A DNA stretch of 63,024 bases, filler included, from Malassezia furfur (lineage: Eukaryota): the NCBI GenBank assembly GCA_052055015.1. It is 10 parts of 10 records of this genome, joined end to end, with 100 filler letters (N's around TTAATTAATTAA, not from the genome) between each part and the next. Parts side by side here need not be neighbours in the genome. Positions count along the whole stretch, not along the records: positions 19,036 to 25,264 come from JBQJIT010000555.1; positions 25,365 to 31,580 come from JBQJIT010000556.1; positions 31,681 to 37,895 come from JBQJIT010000557.1; 7 more parts are not named here. One strand, written 5' to 3'. The number at the start of each line of letters is the position of its first letter. Position 1 is the first letter of the stretch. The notes under the pieces were generated by a model. That model had not been told where the DNA came from, did not search any database, and saw only the letters and a list, made by a program, of their open reading frames with translations. The translations under genes and the position numbers were made by a program. Below, piece by piece: positions 21,692-34,709 of this stretch.

Positions 21692-24600
21692 ATGCCCACG
21701 CTGGCCGCGCGTGCGCCTGCACGGAATGCGGACGGCGGCGCCCCGCGGCGTAAGGCACCAGCATTCGACGAGGTGTTACGCCGGCTCTCTACCGCTACGG
21801 CGCTCGAGCGGCCGGTGGTCGCAGCGGTGCTGACCCACCTTCCTGCCGCTGACCTGGCACGCTCCATTTCCTTGTACACCAGTACACACACGGACGTGTG
21901 TGCCGCTGGGCTCGCGTGGAGCACGGCGGAGATGCGGCAAGGCCCAGTTAGTACGGATGCTGCACGCGAGCGCCGTGCCAAGCAGGTTGCTAATGCTGTG
22001 CTCACGGGCCTACAACATCTCGTGGAGAAGCCTTCGACGGCGCGACGGACGCCGTCCATGACGCGCACAGACGACGACGTGGCGGTCCCCATTCTTTTGG
22101 ATTGCTTTCGTATCGCTATGGCGACGCTCGTCACGTCCGCGTGTGCAGCCGATACGCTCGTCCACGTCGGACTGTCGGCCGTGCGCAAGCTGGACAAGGT
22201 GCAGCGTGTACGTTTTCCACTTACCCAGCATGATGAGGCACTCACAGAGCTCGTCGCCATCGCCTCGGTGGTGTGCCCGCGCGCGTCGCACGGTACGGTG
22301 CGTGCGCCGCCCGCCGTCCTGGACCGCCTGAACGCGGTGCTTTCGCAGCCCGGCGCGACGTCGGCCACGTCGGCCACTGCTGCGGCGGTCGTCGAGCTTC
22401 AGGCCCTTGCGGTACACGTTGCCGCGGCGCAGGTACCGTCCGGGGCGTCGTCAGAATGGGCCGACCTCGTGCGCGTTCCAGACGGTCCGGCAGCCTGGCA
22501 AGCCGCGGCGCGCGCCCAGGGCATAGACGGCGCGGCGGACCGCGCAGCCTATCTGCTGGAGCGCGCCGTGTTCCAGCAAATTGCGCCGCACCTTGCGTCC
22601 GATGCTGCACGTCTACAGATCAAAATGGACACATTGGTTCAGCTGAGCTTCGTGTCACAACTGGATGTCGAGGCGTTCTGGGACCGCGTGGCCAAGGTTG
22701 GCATGGGCCACCTCCGCCGTACAGGCGATGCACATTTTGCCGACCTACACACCCATCTCGTACGGCTGGTGCATGCAGCGCATGCACGGTGCAATGGTGC
22801 GGCGTACGAGCGGCTCCGCACTTGGTGGCTCGTGACGGCCGAAAAGGTACGTGTCAGGCTCATGCAGGCGGCACACCCCGCAGCTGCCGAACTCGCACGA
22901 CACGTGCGCGACGGCGCCGACGTATTTGTGCTGCGTGCCAACGAGGCAGATGTCTGGCGCGCAGACGCGACGGAGGCGCTCGCCGCCCTGGACCTCGACG
23001 CCCCGACGGGGACAGACCTCGGCCCGGTGGCCGAGCGATGGGCGGCGCAACGCGATGCGTCCAGTGCAGCTGCATGTACTGCGACACTGGAAACGCTTAC
23101 ACCTGCGTCGATAGACGACGCAACGAAGACCGCGCTCACGGCGCTTCTTCACGATACCCTTACCGACATGCCGGCTGCACCGCCTGCGCCCGTGCTCGAC
23201 GTGCTTGCGGCGAGCGCGGCTGCAGTCGAACGATGCGGGTGTGCCGCCGCGACGTCGGACGCGATTCATGCCCTGCGTGTCGTCAGCGTCGGCCGCTTGG
23301 ATGAGGCGCAGCCTACGACGTATGGTGCGAGCCTCGATGCGCTCCAGCTTGCGGCGCGCCTTGCTGGATCCAGCGGGAGTCGGCGGTCGTACGTATCGGA
23401 CGTGGCCTTTCACCTTGGCACCCGGCTGTATGCGCGTGCTGCCTACGCGCATGCCGTGCCGTTCTTGCGCCTCGCCTGGGATATGGGACGCGACGTTGAC
23501 GCCGACGGCGATGCACAAGCACAACGGCCCCGCAAGGCACACCTTCTTGCGGGGGCATACCAGCACATGGGTCGCTACGCCGATGCCTACGATGCCCACC
23601 TTGATGCGATGCGTGTGTGCCCTGCGCTCAATGATGCTGGCGATGTCGCGCGTGCACATGCGCTTCCCGACGCGCTCGATGAGGGGCCCCTGGCTTTGCC
23701 CAGCGCGCTGGTGCGCGGTGCCCTCCACGTCGCTGTGTATTGCCTGCTGCGGCCGACGGACGCGGCCGACCCTGCGAGCCTGGCAGCGGCATTGCGCTCG
23801 CTGGGGCTGTCAGACGCCTCGTACGCAGCCTGGTGCGAGTATGCGGCCCTGACCCTCGAGCCCCTGCTGATGCGCGACGAGACACAGGCGGCACTCGACG
23901 CAATGCATGCCGCGGCACTCGACGTCTACACCGTGGAGCGCTACCCCCTCCGTCGCGCGCGGGTCCTCTTGAAAATCGCACTGTATGCAACGCTGCGTGG
24001 CGACGCTCGCACCGCGGACCTTGGCGCCTGCCTTGCGGCGCCCTCCGCCGAGGACGCGCAGCTCGCGCATTTGTGTGGGGCGCTGCAGGCACTCGACGCT
24101 TTGCAGCGCGTGCTTGCAATCGTTGCTACCGCGCCAATGGGCACGGCCTCGCTCGATGCCGCCGCGGACGCCGCTGCCGAGGCACTCGTCCATATCGATG
24201 CACACCTCGCCGGACCCACGCCGAGCGGCCGCACGCGCACGCGTACAGCACAAACGGCGCCAACGCCGACACCCACGCGCACGTCGGCACGGACTGCCGC
24301 CCGTACAACGCGGACCGTTGCGCCGGTCGCAACGCCTCGAACACGGTCGAGCCGCGCAGCCACAGCGGCGCCTGTGACGCCCGCTCCTTCGACGCCGCCG
24401 CGCACCACACCTGCCACGGCCTCGCCCTCCGGTGCAGCCTCGGCGACGCACGCCCTCGCACACGTGCTTAGTGCCGCGTGTGATGCGCTGCTGTACGCCG
24501 GCCTGGACGCCGCCGCGGTGAATACCCTCGGGGCGCTTGTGCGCCTCGCACAGGCGGCGGGCATGCCAGACCTCGTGGCATGTGCGAGTGTGCGCCTTGC

Positions 24601-25264
24601 GGAGCTGTGGATCCGTGTCGGTGCTCCCGATGCAGCCATTCATGCACTGCATTCGTCGCCACGCACGCCCGCCATGCTGTATACCCTTGCACTCGCACAG
24701 AGCGTACGGGGCGACGCGGATGCCGCACAAACGTATGCGGATGCTGCGGCATGCGCGGCCGCCGACACGCCCGCACCCGTATCGTCGGCGAACCGCGTCG
24801 CGGCCAAGTGCGCCTCGTATGCACTGCGTGCGAGCGCCGCACACGCCGCGGCATCGCTCGCACGTGAGCACTATAGCGTGTACGCCGATGCGGTGAGTGC
24901 GACGTTGCATGCGCTGCGTCTGCACCTGCGCACCTCGCTGCTCCTTGGCCAGGCGGGCAGCGACGCCGACGTGTTTGCGGCACGGACACCGTCCACACCC
25001 GGAGTCCCGCGGCATGCCCTCCTGGCACTGCGTGCATGGCACTGGCGCGTCTCGGCGGCGCTCGTGCATACCTATGGTACACTAGCCGCCTTGTATGCGG
25101 CACGCGGAGCGACGCGCGACGCGGCAGCGTTCGCGCACGAGGCCGTGGCGTTTGCCGACGCACAGCCGGCCCCGCTTCCGCGCGCCGCAGCGCATGCCGC
25201 GCATGCCGCGCTACAGACGGCGCTCGGCGCTCACGAGGCGGCGCATGCATCGCTCGACACGGCG
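21692..25264 (+). CDS. ESP1: Probable separase (Esp1/Cut1) N-terminal helical region; 3' truncated
   Basis: Over 1190 aa of TPR-like helical sequence with YPLRRARVL and a Thr/Arg/Pro-rich insert. The protease domain is not in the contig. In-frame 21-nt intron candidate 22847-22867. Confidence 0.6.
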
Positions 25265-25364
25265 NNNNNNNNNNNNNNNNNNNNNNNNNNNNNNNNNNNN
25301 NNNNNNNNTTAATTAATTAANNNNNNNNNNNNNNNNNNNNNNNNNNNNNNNNNNNNNNNNNNNN
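25265..25364. other. Artificial contig spacer
   Basis: N44-TTAATTAATTAA-N44. Confidence 0.98.
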
Positions 25365-25365
25365 T

Positions 25366-25467
25366 GGTGCGGCTAGCGACGCCGAGGCCGCCGCCGCCGC
25401 CGCGCACACGCCTCCACCGCCGCCCGAGGCGGCGCCGCCGGCGAAAAAAACCCGCGTAGACGTGTAG
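25366..25467 (+). CDS. C-terminal tail of an unidentified gene with an NLS-like end
   Basis: Reads GAASDAEAAAAAAHTPPPPPEAAPPAKKTRVDV*. Confidence 0.45.
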   Translation, partial: GAASDAEAAAAAAHTPPPPPEAAPPAKKTRVDV

Positions 25468-25486
25468 TGAGTCCCACGTGGCGACC

Positions 25487-26321
25487 ATGGCGGACGACGG
25501 CGCGCACGGCGCACCGAACGAGGCGCCGCTCGCGACGCGGCTCGAGGAGGCCAATGCGCTCAAGGCGCTGGGCAACGACCAGTACGGCAAGAAGAACTAT
25601 GCGGTTGCCATCACACACTATACGGATGCGCTTGCGCGGCTGCCGCCGCGCGCGGACGATGCGTCGGCGGACGCCGACGCGGACGCCGCCGCGGGCGAGG
25701 ATGGCCGGGCGGATGACGAGGCCAAGGTGACCGAGGTCGATGACGACGAGCCTGTCGGGTCGACGCCGGTGCACACCGTGAGCCTTGAGGAGCATCTTGT
25801 GTTTGAGGAAGTGGGCCAGCTGCGTGTGAAGCTGTACGCGAATCTGGCCGCCTCGCACCTGAAGCTGGTGCGTACCGAGGGTCTGACGGGCAGGAGCAGT
25901 ACAACGAGGCGATCATCGCGAGCACCGAGGGTGCGTGACCTGACCTAACGCAGTGCTCTGTGAAGAACCGACGAACGTGAAGGCGCTGCACCGGCGTGCG
26001 GTGGCCCACGAGCAGCTCGGCGGGTGGGCGCATTTGAACGACGCACTGCGCGGTACGTGGATGGCTGACGCAGACTATGAGCGGCTGACGGCGCTGGACA
26101 CCGAGGGCTACGTCCCCACGTCGTTCCGCGGCGAGCTGCAAGCGAACAAGCAGCGCGTCACGCAGCGCGTCCAAGAGGCCGGCGAGCAGGAGAAAGGCGA
26201 AATGCTCGGCAAGCTCAAGACGCTGGGCAACAACGTGCTGGGCTACTTTGGCCTGTCGACCGACAACTTCCAGCTGACGCCCCAAGACAACGGCGGGTAC
26301 TCGCTCAACTTTGTGCGGTAG
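25487..26321 (+). CDS. Tetratricopeptide repeat protein 1 (TTC1)-like
   Basis: TPR motifs and the C-terminal EMLGKLKTLGNNVLGYFGLSTDNF..GGYSLNF. Introns 25868-25893, 25931-25953, 26053-26073. Confidence 0.9.
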
Positions 26322-26322
26322 A

Positions 26323-27585
26323 CTACGTAAACAGCTTATTCACACTCATCGAGCCGTCCGTCTGGCGCTTGAGCACCTTGGCGATGGCCAGCTCAAAGTC
26401 TTCCTGCGACACATGCTGCCGCCGCTCGCGCAGCGCATACATGCCCGCCTCGGTGCAGATGCCGCGCACCTCGGCACCCGAGCACTGCCCCATCTTTTCC
26501 GCGAGGACGCGCAGGTTGATGCCGCGCTGCAGCGACATCTTGCGCGAGTGGATGCGCAGAATCGACACGCGCGCCTCGGGCCCGGGCGGCGGGAACTCGA
26601 TCTTGCGGTCGATGCGGCCCGGGCGGAGGAGCGCCGAGTCCAGGATATCGATGCGGTTCGTGGCCATGATGACCTTGATGTTCTGCGTGCCCTCGAACCC
26701 GTCGAGCTGGTTGAGCAGCTCCAACATGGTGCGCTGCACCTCGGAGTCGCCGCCGCCGCCGCCGCTGTCGCCGCGCGACGAGCCGATGCTGTCGATTTCG
26801 TCCATGAAAATGATCGACGGCGCGTGCTCGCGCGCCATGACGAACAGCTCGCGCACCATGCGGCTGCCCTCACCGATGTATTTCTGGACGAGCTCGCTGC
26901 CGCTCACGCGGATAAAGCGGCAGTCGGTGTGGTGCGCCACCGCACGGGCCAGCAGCGTCTTGCCGGTGCCCGGCGGGCCGTACAGGAGCACGCCCTTGGG
27001 CTGCGCAATGCCGAGGCTCTCGAAGAGTTCGGGGTGTTTGACCGGCAGTTCGATCACCTCCTTGATTTCCTTGATCTGGCGGTCCAGACCACCGACCATC
27101 TCGTAGGTGCTGTCTGGCACCTTTTCGACCATCATGAGCGACACGAGCGGGTCGATCTTGTTCGGCAGGATCTTGTGCAGTGTGTACGAGTCGGAGCGCA
27201 GCGCGACGCGCAGCGACGGCTTGAGGTCCGCGACGTCGATGCCGGGCGCAATGTTGACGACGTACTTGCCTTCCGGCTGCACCTTGACAAGCACCTTTTT
27301 CTTGCCCATCACCTTGACGACCTCGCCGACATACGACTCGGGCTCCTGCAGGAGCTGCAGCTCCTCGCGGATGAGCCGCACGCGCGCGTTGAGCGCGTTG
27401 CGCTGCGCCTCCAAGCGGCGCAGGTTCTGGGCCTTTTCGCTAATCAGCCGCTCGTACGACTGCGTCTTGCTCTGTAAGAACGACGGAATGCCGGGCGTCT
27501 GCGCAGGCGCATGCACCTGCCCGGACGCCACCGACGTCGTCTGGGCCGGCTCGACGGCCACCTCGCTCGCCGCTGTGGTCGCCAT
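26323..27585 (-). CDS. RPT6: 26S proteasome AAA-ATPase Rpt6
   Basis: [42 protein letters not shown]; intronless. Confidence 0.97.
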   Translation of the reverse strand: MATTAASEVAVEPAQTTSVASGQVHAPAQTPGIPSFLQSKTQSYERLISEKAQNLRRLEAQRNALNARVRLIREELQLLQEPESYVGEVVKVMGKKKVLVKVQPEGKYVVNIAPGIDVADLKPSLRVALRSDSYTLHKILPNKIDPLVSLMMVEKVPDSTYEMVGGLDRQIKEIKEVIELPVKHPELFESLGIAQPKGVLLYGPPGTGKTLLARAVAHHTDCRFIRVSGSELVQKYIGEGSRMVRELFVMAREHAPSIIFMDEIDSIGSSRGDSGGGGGDSEVQRTMLELLNQLDGFEGTQNIKVIMATNRIDILDSALLRPGRIDRKIEFPPPGPEARVSILRIHSRKMSLQRGINLRVLAEKMGQCSGAEVRGICTEAGMYALRERRQHVSQEDFELAIAKVLKRQTDGSMSVNKLFT

Positions 27586-27653
27586 GTCGTGGAAGTGGCG
27601 AAGCGTGGACCGACGCGTCGCCGATCACGCCACGTGGCTGTGACCTCCACACC

Positions 27654-29184
27654 ATGTCCGTTTTCCAGCGGCGCACGCGCGCCGCGGCAGGAGCGCCGCC
27701 GGAGGGCGTGCGCGCCGCGTCGTACAGCGCGCCCGTGCCGCTTCTTTCGATGGGGATCGCCGCCCTGGACGATATTCTGTGTGGTGGTGGCGTGCTTGCG
27801 GGCTCCGTGCTCTTGTTCGTGCCATGCACCGAGACAGGCACCGCGTCGCCCGCCGAGCTCGGTGCGCCGGCGGCGGGCGGCGCTGCGCGAGCGGCCTTGG
27901 ACGCGCCGCGCACCGCCGCTGCCGAGCCGTACACCGACCTGTTTCTGGGGTACACTGCCGCGCAGGGCCTCGCGTCGCGCCACGTCACGGTCGTCGTCGG
28001 GCCGCATGCCTCGTCGTTCGTCAACACGCTCATGGGCCGTGCGGCCGACGACGCCGCGCCCGAGGAGGCCGCGCCCGCTGAGCAGATGCAGGACATGAAG
28101 ATTGCGTGGCGCTACAACCAGATGCAGCGCGTCGCGCCGCCGCCCGTGCGTGCCAAAGAAGGTGCGTCGACCGCCTCACCCAGCCGCCTTCTGCAGCGTG
28201 TTTGACCTCACCAAACGGATACCCAATGACGAGGTGGCGCGCGCACGCGCCGATGGCCTCTTGTATACCAGCGCAGATGACGCACCCCTCGCCGACGCGG
28301 CATGGGCGACCATCGAGCAAGGCGTCGCCCAGTGCCGCACGCAGGCCGCGGCCCAAGGGGCGCCCGCGCCGGTGCTGCGTATCGTGCTGCGCGACTGGGG
28401 CTCGAGCGCGTGGGGCATGCCTGCCTCGAGTATGGTGCCGTTCCTGCTCCGCCTACGTACCCTTGCCCGCACGCTGTCGATGCCGACCAGTGGAACGCCG
28501 GTGCCCTGCATCGTCGCCGCGTCGCTCTCGGCAGAGCTGCAAACGCACAACGCGCACGGCGCCAACCTCGTGCATCGGCTGACGCACCTCGCCGACGGCG
28601 CAATTGGGCTGACGTCGTTTGCCGCATCGCCGGCCCTGCGCGACGTCTTTCCAGACAGCACCGGCGCCCTGCGCGTGTTTCGTACGCCGGCGATCGGTAC
28701 ACTGACGAATCCGTCGCTGCGTGCATCCGTTCTGCGGGGGATGGGCGCCGGCTCGGCGGCGCACCCGACGCGCGGCGCGGGCGGCGCGGGCGGCGGCGAA
28801 AACAACCTCGCGTTCAAAGTGCGTCGCAAGCGGCTCGTGATTGATACGCTGCACCTCGACACGGACGGGGGGGTGCGGGAGCGGCGGACCAAGCCGAGCG
28901 AAGAGGCACCCGCACGCACAGCGACGCCCGCACCGCGTGCACCTCCTGCGGCCGAGGCGCCGCCAGCCCAGCCCACCACGCCAGCTCCCGCGCCGGCTGC
29001 GGCGCCTGCGCCGGCCCCGGCGCCCGTCGAAGTCGCGCTCGACGACACGCGTGCGGCACGTCTGCCGCGCGATGCGCCCATGGCCTTGCCCCCCTTTGCG
29101 GGCCTCGAGAGGCTGCGCGAGCGCGGACTGCGTGCGCGTGCCGAGCGCGGCGCTTCGACGCCTCCACAGACGTACGAGTTGTAA
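27654..29184 (+). CDS. ELP4: Elongator complex subunit Elp4
   Basis: MKIAWRY, FCSVFDLTKR, GGGENNLAFKVRRKRLVI..LHLD. 22-nt intron 28162-28183. Confidence 0.9.
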
Positions 29185-29318
29185 TGCATGCACCGAGCCC
29201 GGGGGGCCACAGAGCGCGGGCGTGCGAGCGATGCGTCCCGCGTTTACCGGCCCCCCCAGAGCGACGCGTGGGCTACATGGCGGTGTGCGCCGTACAGCGC
29301 CTGGCCGATCGCGCTACA

Positions 29319-30941
29319 CTACATACCTGTCGACGCGGCCCATTGGACGAGCGCCGAGTGGAGCGGCTCGCTCCGCCGCGCATCCGTAGTTGCCGCGAGA
29401 ATGGCCCGGCCCGACACGGCGACACGCACCGGAAGAAACTCGGGGACGACGCCCGCGCTCGGGAATGCGTCGTACGCGTTCGTCGCCGCGCCCGTCCGCG
29501 TCGCGACGCCGGCCGGCAGCGCCAGCGACAGCCGCGCGGGCTCCGGAACCAGCAGCTCGCATTGCAGCAAGCTGTGGAAGGCCTGTGTGAGTCGTGCACG
29601 TACCTGCATGGCGGTGTCGCAGTGGGCAAGCGCCTCGAGGCTCGCGATTGCGACGTTGGTGCGTGCATGGGTCGCGGCGGAGCTGAGGTCGCGGCGCACG
29701 CGCTGGACAAACTGCTGTAGCTCGTGGAAGCACATTTCCCACGTAAAGGGCTCCTTGTCGCGCAGCTGGAGGTGCCGTGCAGTGATCAGCACGGCCATCT
29801 CCAGCTCGGTCAGCTCCAGGAGCAGTGCCGCGGAAGGGTCCGTGCGCTGCGCGTCTGCCGACGCCAGGAAGGCGTCCGGCTCGAGCGCGTCCATCGCGAC
29901 TGGCACCGTCATGGCCTGGTAAAGCAGGCGCACGTCCTGCGACAGGTCGTGTAGGCCATGCAGGAATGCACGGAAGCGGGGGTCGTGCACGAGGCGCTGG
30001 GTGAGTAGACGACGTACCTCGACACGCGCCTCCCACGCATCGTCGTGGGGCGCACCGTAGCCACCGCGCAGCGCCGTACGCGCAATGAGCTCGTACTGCT
30101 CGACGCTCGGAGGGTGGACGTGGATGATGCGGTGCGAGAAACGGCTCTTGACGCGCTTCTCGAGCGCGTCGCCCGCGTCAACGCGCGTCGTCATGCCGAC
30201 GACCGCGAGACCAGGACCGTAGCTGCCTGCCTGCACGGCGTCGAGCAGGCAGTACAAGAGCGCCTGCCGCGGGCGCTGCGCAAACTGCTCGAATGCGTCG
30301 AGCACGATGAGCAACGGTCGCTGTGCGCGCTGTGTGTCGTGCGGCGTATGCGACAGGAGCGTCAGAATGTGCGACAGGGTCGTCGCCATCGTTGACAAAA
30401 TGGCACTGGCCACCGCCTCGCTCGGTCCAGGCTCGGCAGCCGGCGGCTCGGTGGGCGCCGGCGCTTCGTCGTCGTCGGACAGCGCGACGGATGCGTCGAG
30501 TTCCGGCAGATCCATCCCATCGGCGTCCGCAAACTCTTCGGCCAGCATCGTATCGAGCGTTGCGGTCTCCTGCTGGCCGAGCGCGCCCTGCGCCATGAGC
30601 TGCTTCGCGAGGTCCGCGAGGCACTGCCGGTCGGTCGGATGGAGCAGGCCGGAGAGCGTCACGATGAGCGGCGCAGGTGCGCCGCGTGTGTGCTGCTCGT
30701 GCCGCACCCGCGCAAGCACCGAGTGCACGAGCAGACTCTTGCCGCATCCATGCTCGCCGAGCAGCAGGCAGCTGTTTCCTTCGTGGGCATCGACGGTGCC
30801 GTGCAGCAGCGCATACAGCGCGACCCACGGCTCCTCTAGTCCGATGCACTCCTGGCCCGCATACGGCTGGGCTTCTGCCGTGGGCGGCGGCGCGGTGGAC
30901 AAAATCGCGAGGGCCGCCTCGCGCCCTCTCGCCGCCGACAT
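29319..30941 (-). CDS. ORC4: Origin recognition complex subunit 4
   Basis: EGNSCLLLGEHGCGKS, RQALLYCLLD, LEKRVKSRFSHR. In-frame 21-nt introns 29997-30017 and 29583-29603. Confidence 0.93.
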   Translation of the reverse strand: MSAARGREAALAILSTAPPPTAEAQPYAGQECIGLEEPWVALYALLHGTVDAHEGNSCLLLGEHGCGKSLLVHSVLARVRHEQHTRGAPAPLIVTLSGLLHPTDRQCLADLAKQLMAQGALGQQETATLDTMLAEEFADADGMDLPELDASVALSDDDEAPAPTEPPAAEPGPSEAVASAILSTMATTLSHILTLLSHTPHDTQRAQRPLLIVLDAFEQFAQRPRQALLYCLLDAVQAGSYGPGLAVVGMTTRVDAGDALEKRVKSRFSHRIIHVHPPSVEQYELIARTALRGGYGAPHDDAWEARVEVRRLLTQRLVHDPRFRAFLHGLHDLSQDVRLLYQAMTVPVAMDALEPDAFLASADAQRTDPSAALLLELTELEMAVLITARHLQLRDKEPFTWEMCFHELQQFVQRVRRDLSSAATHARTNVAIASLEALAHCDTAMQVRARLTQAFHSLLQCELLVPEPARLSLALPAGVATRTGAATNAYDAFPSAGVVPEFLPVRVAVSGRAILAATTDARRSEPLHSALVQWAASTGM

Positions 30942-31017
30942 TCGCAGCACGTACGCACGCGCCAAGGACCCTGGGCGCCGCGGGGCCCGATTTCGATCGA
31001 CGACCCCTCCCGATACG

Positions 31018-31580
31018 ATGCTGCCCCCCCGCGCGCCCGCACGGCGCCGGCAGGCGCCGCGCGTGCCTGGCGCGCCGTGGGGCTCGCACGAGGAGCTGGT
31101 CGAAGCGTGTGCGCCCCACACGCTGGAGGATGTGCCGCGCGGCGTGCACGACCTGCTCCAGGCGTGCGATGCCGCGTTCTTTGGTGCGTGGATGCCTGAC
31201 GCAGACCAACATATGCAAGATGCCCAGGCCCACACGCGGCTTGCGCAGCTCTTTCTTCGCACGGGGGTTCTGCGCGAGCTGCCGAGCGCGGCACTCGATG
31301 CTGACGCCACGCCAGACGCGGTGAGCGCGGCGCTGCTGGATGCGCTGCGTCCGGCGCTCCGCACCGGCACGTCGGCGTATGTGTTGCTGCTCCTGTACGA
31401 GCTGGTGCTGTGCGCCGGTGAGCACAATCCCAACGTGTTTCGGTGGCTGCTGTATACGCCGGCACACGAGGTGCTGCTGCCCGGCCTCGTGCGCCGCCTC
31501 GTGCACAACGTATGGGCGGGCCACTATGCGGGGCAGAGCCGCGCGGTGCTGGGCGCGGGCAGCGTTGCGCCCGCGCTGCC
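31018..31580 (+). CDS. Hypothetical protein, N-terminal fragment
   Basis: Open frame from ATG 31018 to the contig end with plausible codon bias; divergent from ORC4. Confidence 0.55.
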
Positions 31581-31680
31581 NNNNNNNNNNNNNNNNNNNN
31601 NNNNNNNNNNNNNNNNNNNNNNNNTTAATTAATTAANNNNNNNNNNNNNNNNNNNNNNNNNNNNNNNNNNNNNNNNNNNN
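31581..31680. other. Artificial contig spacer
   Basis: N44-TTAATTAATTAA-N44. Confidence 0.98.
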
Positions 31681-31824
31681 CGCGCGCCGCGCTCGGGCGC
31701 TGGGCGCTCGCCGAGGCGCAGCGGTGCGCCGCACAGGTGCGGGCTCGGTGCTAGGGTATGGAATGCAGCTACAGATGTACAATAGCGAGGTAGGCGGCGG
31801 CGGCGGCAGCATCGGCGGCCTGGT

Positions 31825-34531
31825 CTACCTATCTTCTTCGTCCTCCATGTCCTCGTCCTCCGTGTCCAGGGCGTCCTCGGCCTGGGCGTCCAGGTCCACG
31901 GCCGCGGCATCCTCGGCTGCGGCCATGCCCTCGTCCAGGGACCCCTCGCCGCCAAGCACCGAGTCCATCGCCTGCAGCGTGTACTCGAGCATCGCGCTCT
32001 CGACCAGCATGCGGTCAGCGCGCGCATAGTGCCGCTCCGTGTACGGCACGAGCGCATCGAGCACGGCCGCCAGCGAGCCGGGCTTCTCGCCCTTGGCGAA
32101 CGCTTCGAGGAGCGTCTCGGCGCTGTGCAGCCGCACGATCGCATGCAGCAGCAGCTGCGCGGTCGGCGCCGTGCGCGCCGACGTGTTCCAGTCGCGGATG
32201 TAGCCGAGCAGCTGCACGAGCTGCGGCTGCGGCAGCTGCGCGACGATCGCGTCGACGGCCGCCAGGCCGGTGATGCTCGCCTCGGGCACGCGCATGCCGA
32301 GCGCCTGCGCAAACAGCTGGTCGATCGAGTGGATCGCGTCGCCGTCGGGGCGCGCGGCGGCCACCTGCGCAAACAGCGCGAGGAGGCGCCGCGGCTGGTC
32401 GAGCTGCAGCGCGAGCGCAATCGCGTTGCGGTAGTCCTTGAGCAGCACCAGGTTGGCAAACTCCTGCTCGCGCTCGACGGCGTCCTGCGCGGCCACGGCG
32501 CGCTCGTGCTGCACGGCCGCCGTGGTATCGTTCCAGCACGCAATCGTGCTGTCCGCCGCGCCGCTGATGAGCTGCAGCGGGGCGTCGTCGGCGTGGCGCA
32601 CCGCGAGCGTCCAGATCTTGTCGTCGGCGGCGTCGATGGTCGCGGCGCACGCCTCGTCCTTGACGTTCCACACCTTGACGAGCCCGTCGCTCGCGGAGCT
32701 CGCGAGCTGCAGGCCGTGCGGCAGGAAGCGCACACGCAGCACACTGCCCGTGTGCCCCTCAAACACGCGCACGCACGCATAGTCCTTCAGGCTCCACAGG
32801 CGCACGGTCTGGTCGCCCGAGCCCGTGGCGAACGCCTGCTCCGCGGGGGAGAACTGGCAGGACCACACGCCGCGCTTGTGGCCGCGGCACGTCGCGAGCG
32901 CACGCAGCGACGCCGAGGCGCGCTGCTGGTTGCTCTTCGACGGCGCGGTGTACTCCAGGCGGAAGACGCGCGCGGTGCGGTCCTGCGACGCGGACAGCAG
33001 CAGCGCATTGTTCGGCGCCACGTCCACCGCATTGATGTCCTTCTCGTGGATCTTGAGCGTGACCAGCGACGAGGGCTTCGCGGGCGTCTCGGCCTCGGCG
33101 TCGACCGCGTGCAGGTCCCACACCTTCACCGTGCGGTCCTGGCTCGCAGTCACCACAAACGGCGGCGCATGCGCACCCCGCGGGAAGGCAACGCACCCGA
33201 TGCTCTCCGCGTGCCCTTCGCACACAGCGACCGTGCGCCAGTCGCGCGCACCGTGCGGCGCCCAGATCCGCGCAGTGCGGTCCTTGGACGCACTCGCGAG
33301 CCACGCGCCGTCCGCCCGCGCGTCCACACTGAGCACCATGTCGCGGTGCCCGGGAAGGAGCACCACGTCGTGGTCGTCGGCGCCCAGCCTGTACACGCGC
33401 ACCAGCGGGTTGTTCGACGCGACGGCCAGCAGCGAAGCGCCGTCGCGGCGCAGCAGCGCGAGATCCACAATCTCGTCGTTGTACCCCACGAGCTGCCGGG
33501 CGAGCGACAGGCGCCGCGCCGACGCATCGACCGCAATAAACGCCAGGTCCTGCGACGCGGTGACCACCACGACGGTGTGCGCCGCCCGCGCATAGTGCGC
33601 GTCCACCAGCCCACTCAGCTCGTCGTCGTCGTCCGCGTCCGCCTCGAGCGCAGCCGCCTGCGAGGCGAGCGGCGCCTCGTGCCGCACGTCCCAGAGCCGC
33701 AGCGCACCCAGGGCGCCCGCCGTATAAAACAGGTCGGCGGCCACGAAGCCGGCGGCCTCGACGCGCTCGCCCACCACGCGGATCTCTTGGCGCTCCCAGC
33801 GCCCGCTGCGCTGGCCGTAGATCGCAAGCGTCTGGTCGCGTGCGCCGCTCACGAGCGTCTGCCCGTCGGGCGCAAGCGCAATCGCCCGCACCACACCGGC
33901 GTGCGCACTGAGCACCGCCGTGGGCTTCGCGGCGGCCTTGGTGCCGCCCTGCAGGTCCCACACACGCACCTTGCCGTCGACACACCCGGTGAGCAGCTGC
34001 ACGTTGCGCGTGTTGTGCACCTTGCGGACGTCCCAGCACAGCGCACTGATCACACCGCCGTGCCCGGCAAAGACGTGCGTCACAAACCCGCGCGCAAGGT
34101 CGTACACCTTCACGCTGCCGTCTGTGCCGCCCAGCGCCACCAGGCTCGACGTGGGGTCCACGGACAGCAGCGCGACGGGCGCATCGTGCGCACGAGGAAT
34201 GCTGCGGACAAGCGTCCAGTCGGGCAGCGCATAGATGTGCACGGCCAACGAGCGCGCCACCGTCACAAGGTACGCATCGTTGGGCGACAGCGCCAAACTG
34301 CTAATCTCCGAACCGTCCTGCGTCAGCGTGGCGCCCACATACCCCTGGCAATCGCTGCACGACGCGCGTCGTGCGCGACTCAACCACAAGCACCTCGGTG
34401 CCAAACGTCGTGACACACCATGCGCCGTCCTGCGTCACAGCCACGGCACCCGCCGTGTAGAACGGCTGAAACGTATCGCCCTTCGCAAACGACGTGCACA
34501 GCGCCGGCGGCGACACCGCTCCGGACGCCAT
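31825..34531 (-). CDS. UTP13: SSU processome WD40 protein Utp13/TBL3
   Basis: FQPFYTAG start, many WD40 repeats, LVGYNDEIVD, RDWNTSAR, LVPYTERHYAR. 25-nt intron 34318-34342. Confidence 0.93.
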
Positions 34532-34709
34532 GGCAATACGCACGCGGTCTGTGCTAAAAAAAAAAGTGCGAAGAAGGCCCGCGAGGAATTATGGAGGTGC
34601 GCTCCACGGCCCGCCGCGGCCCCCGGCAAACCGAGGCAGTCAGCCTCCGCGCGGCCGCCAGGCCCACGCGCGCAGCAGCTGTGCATACGTATCACCATCG
34701 ACTACGTCT

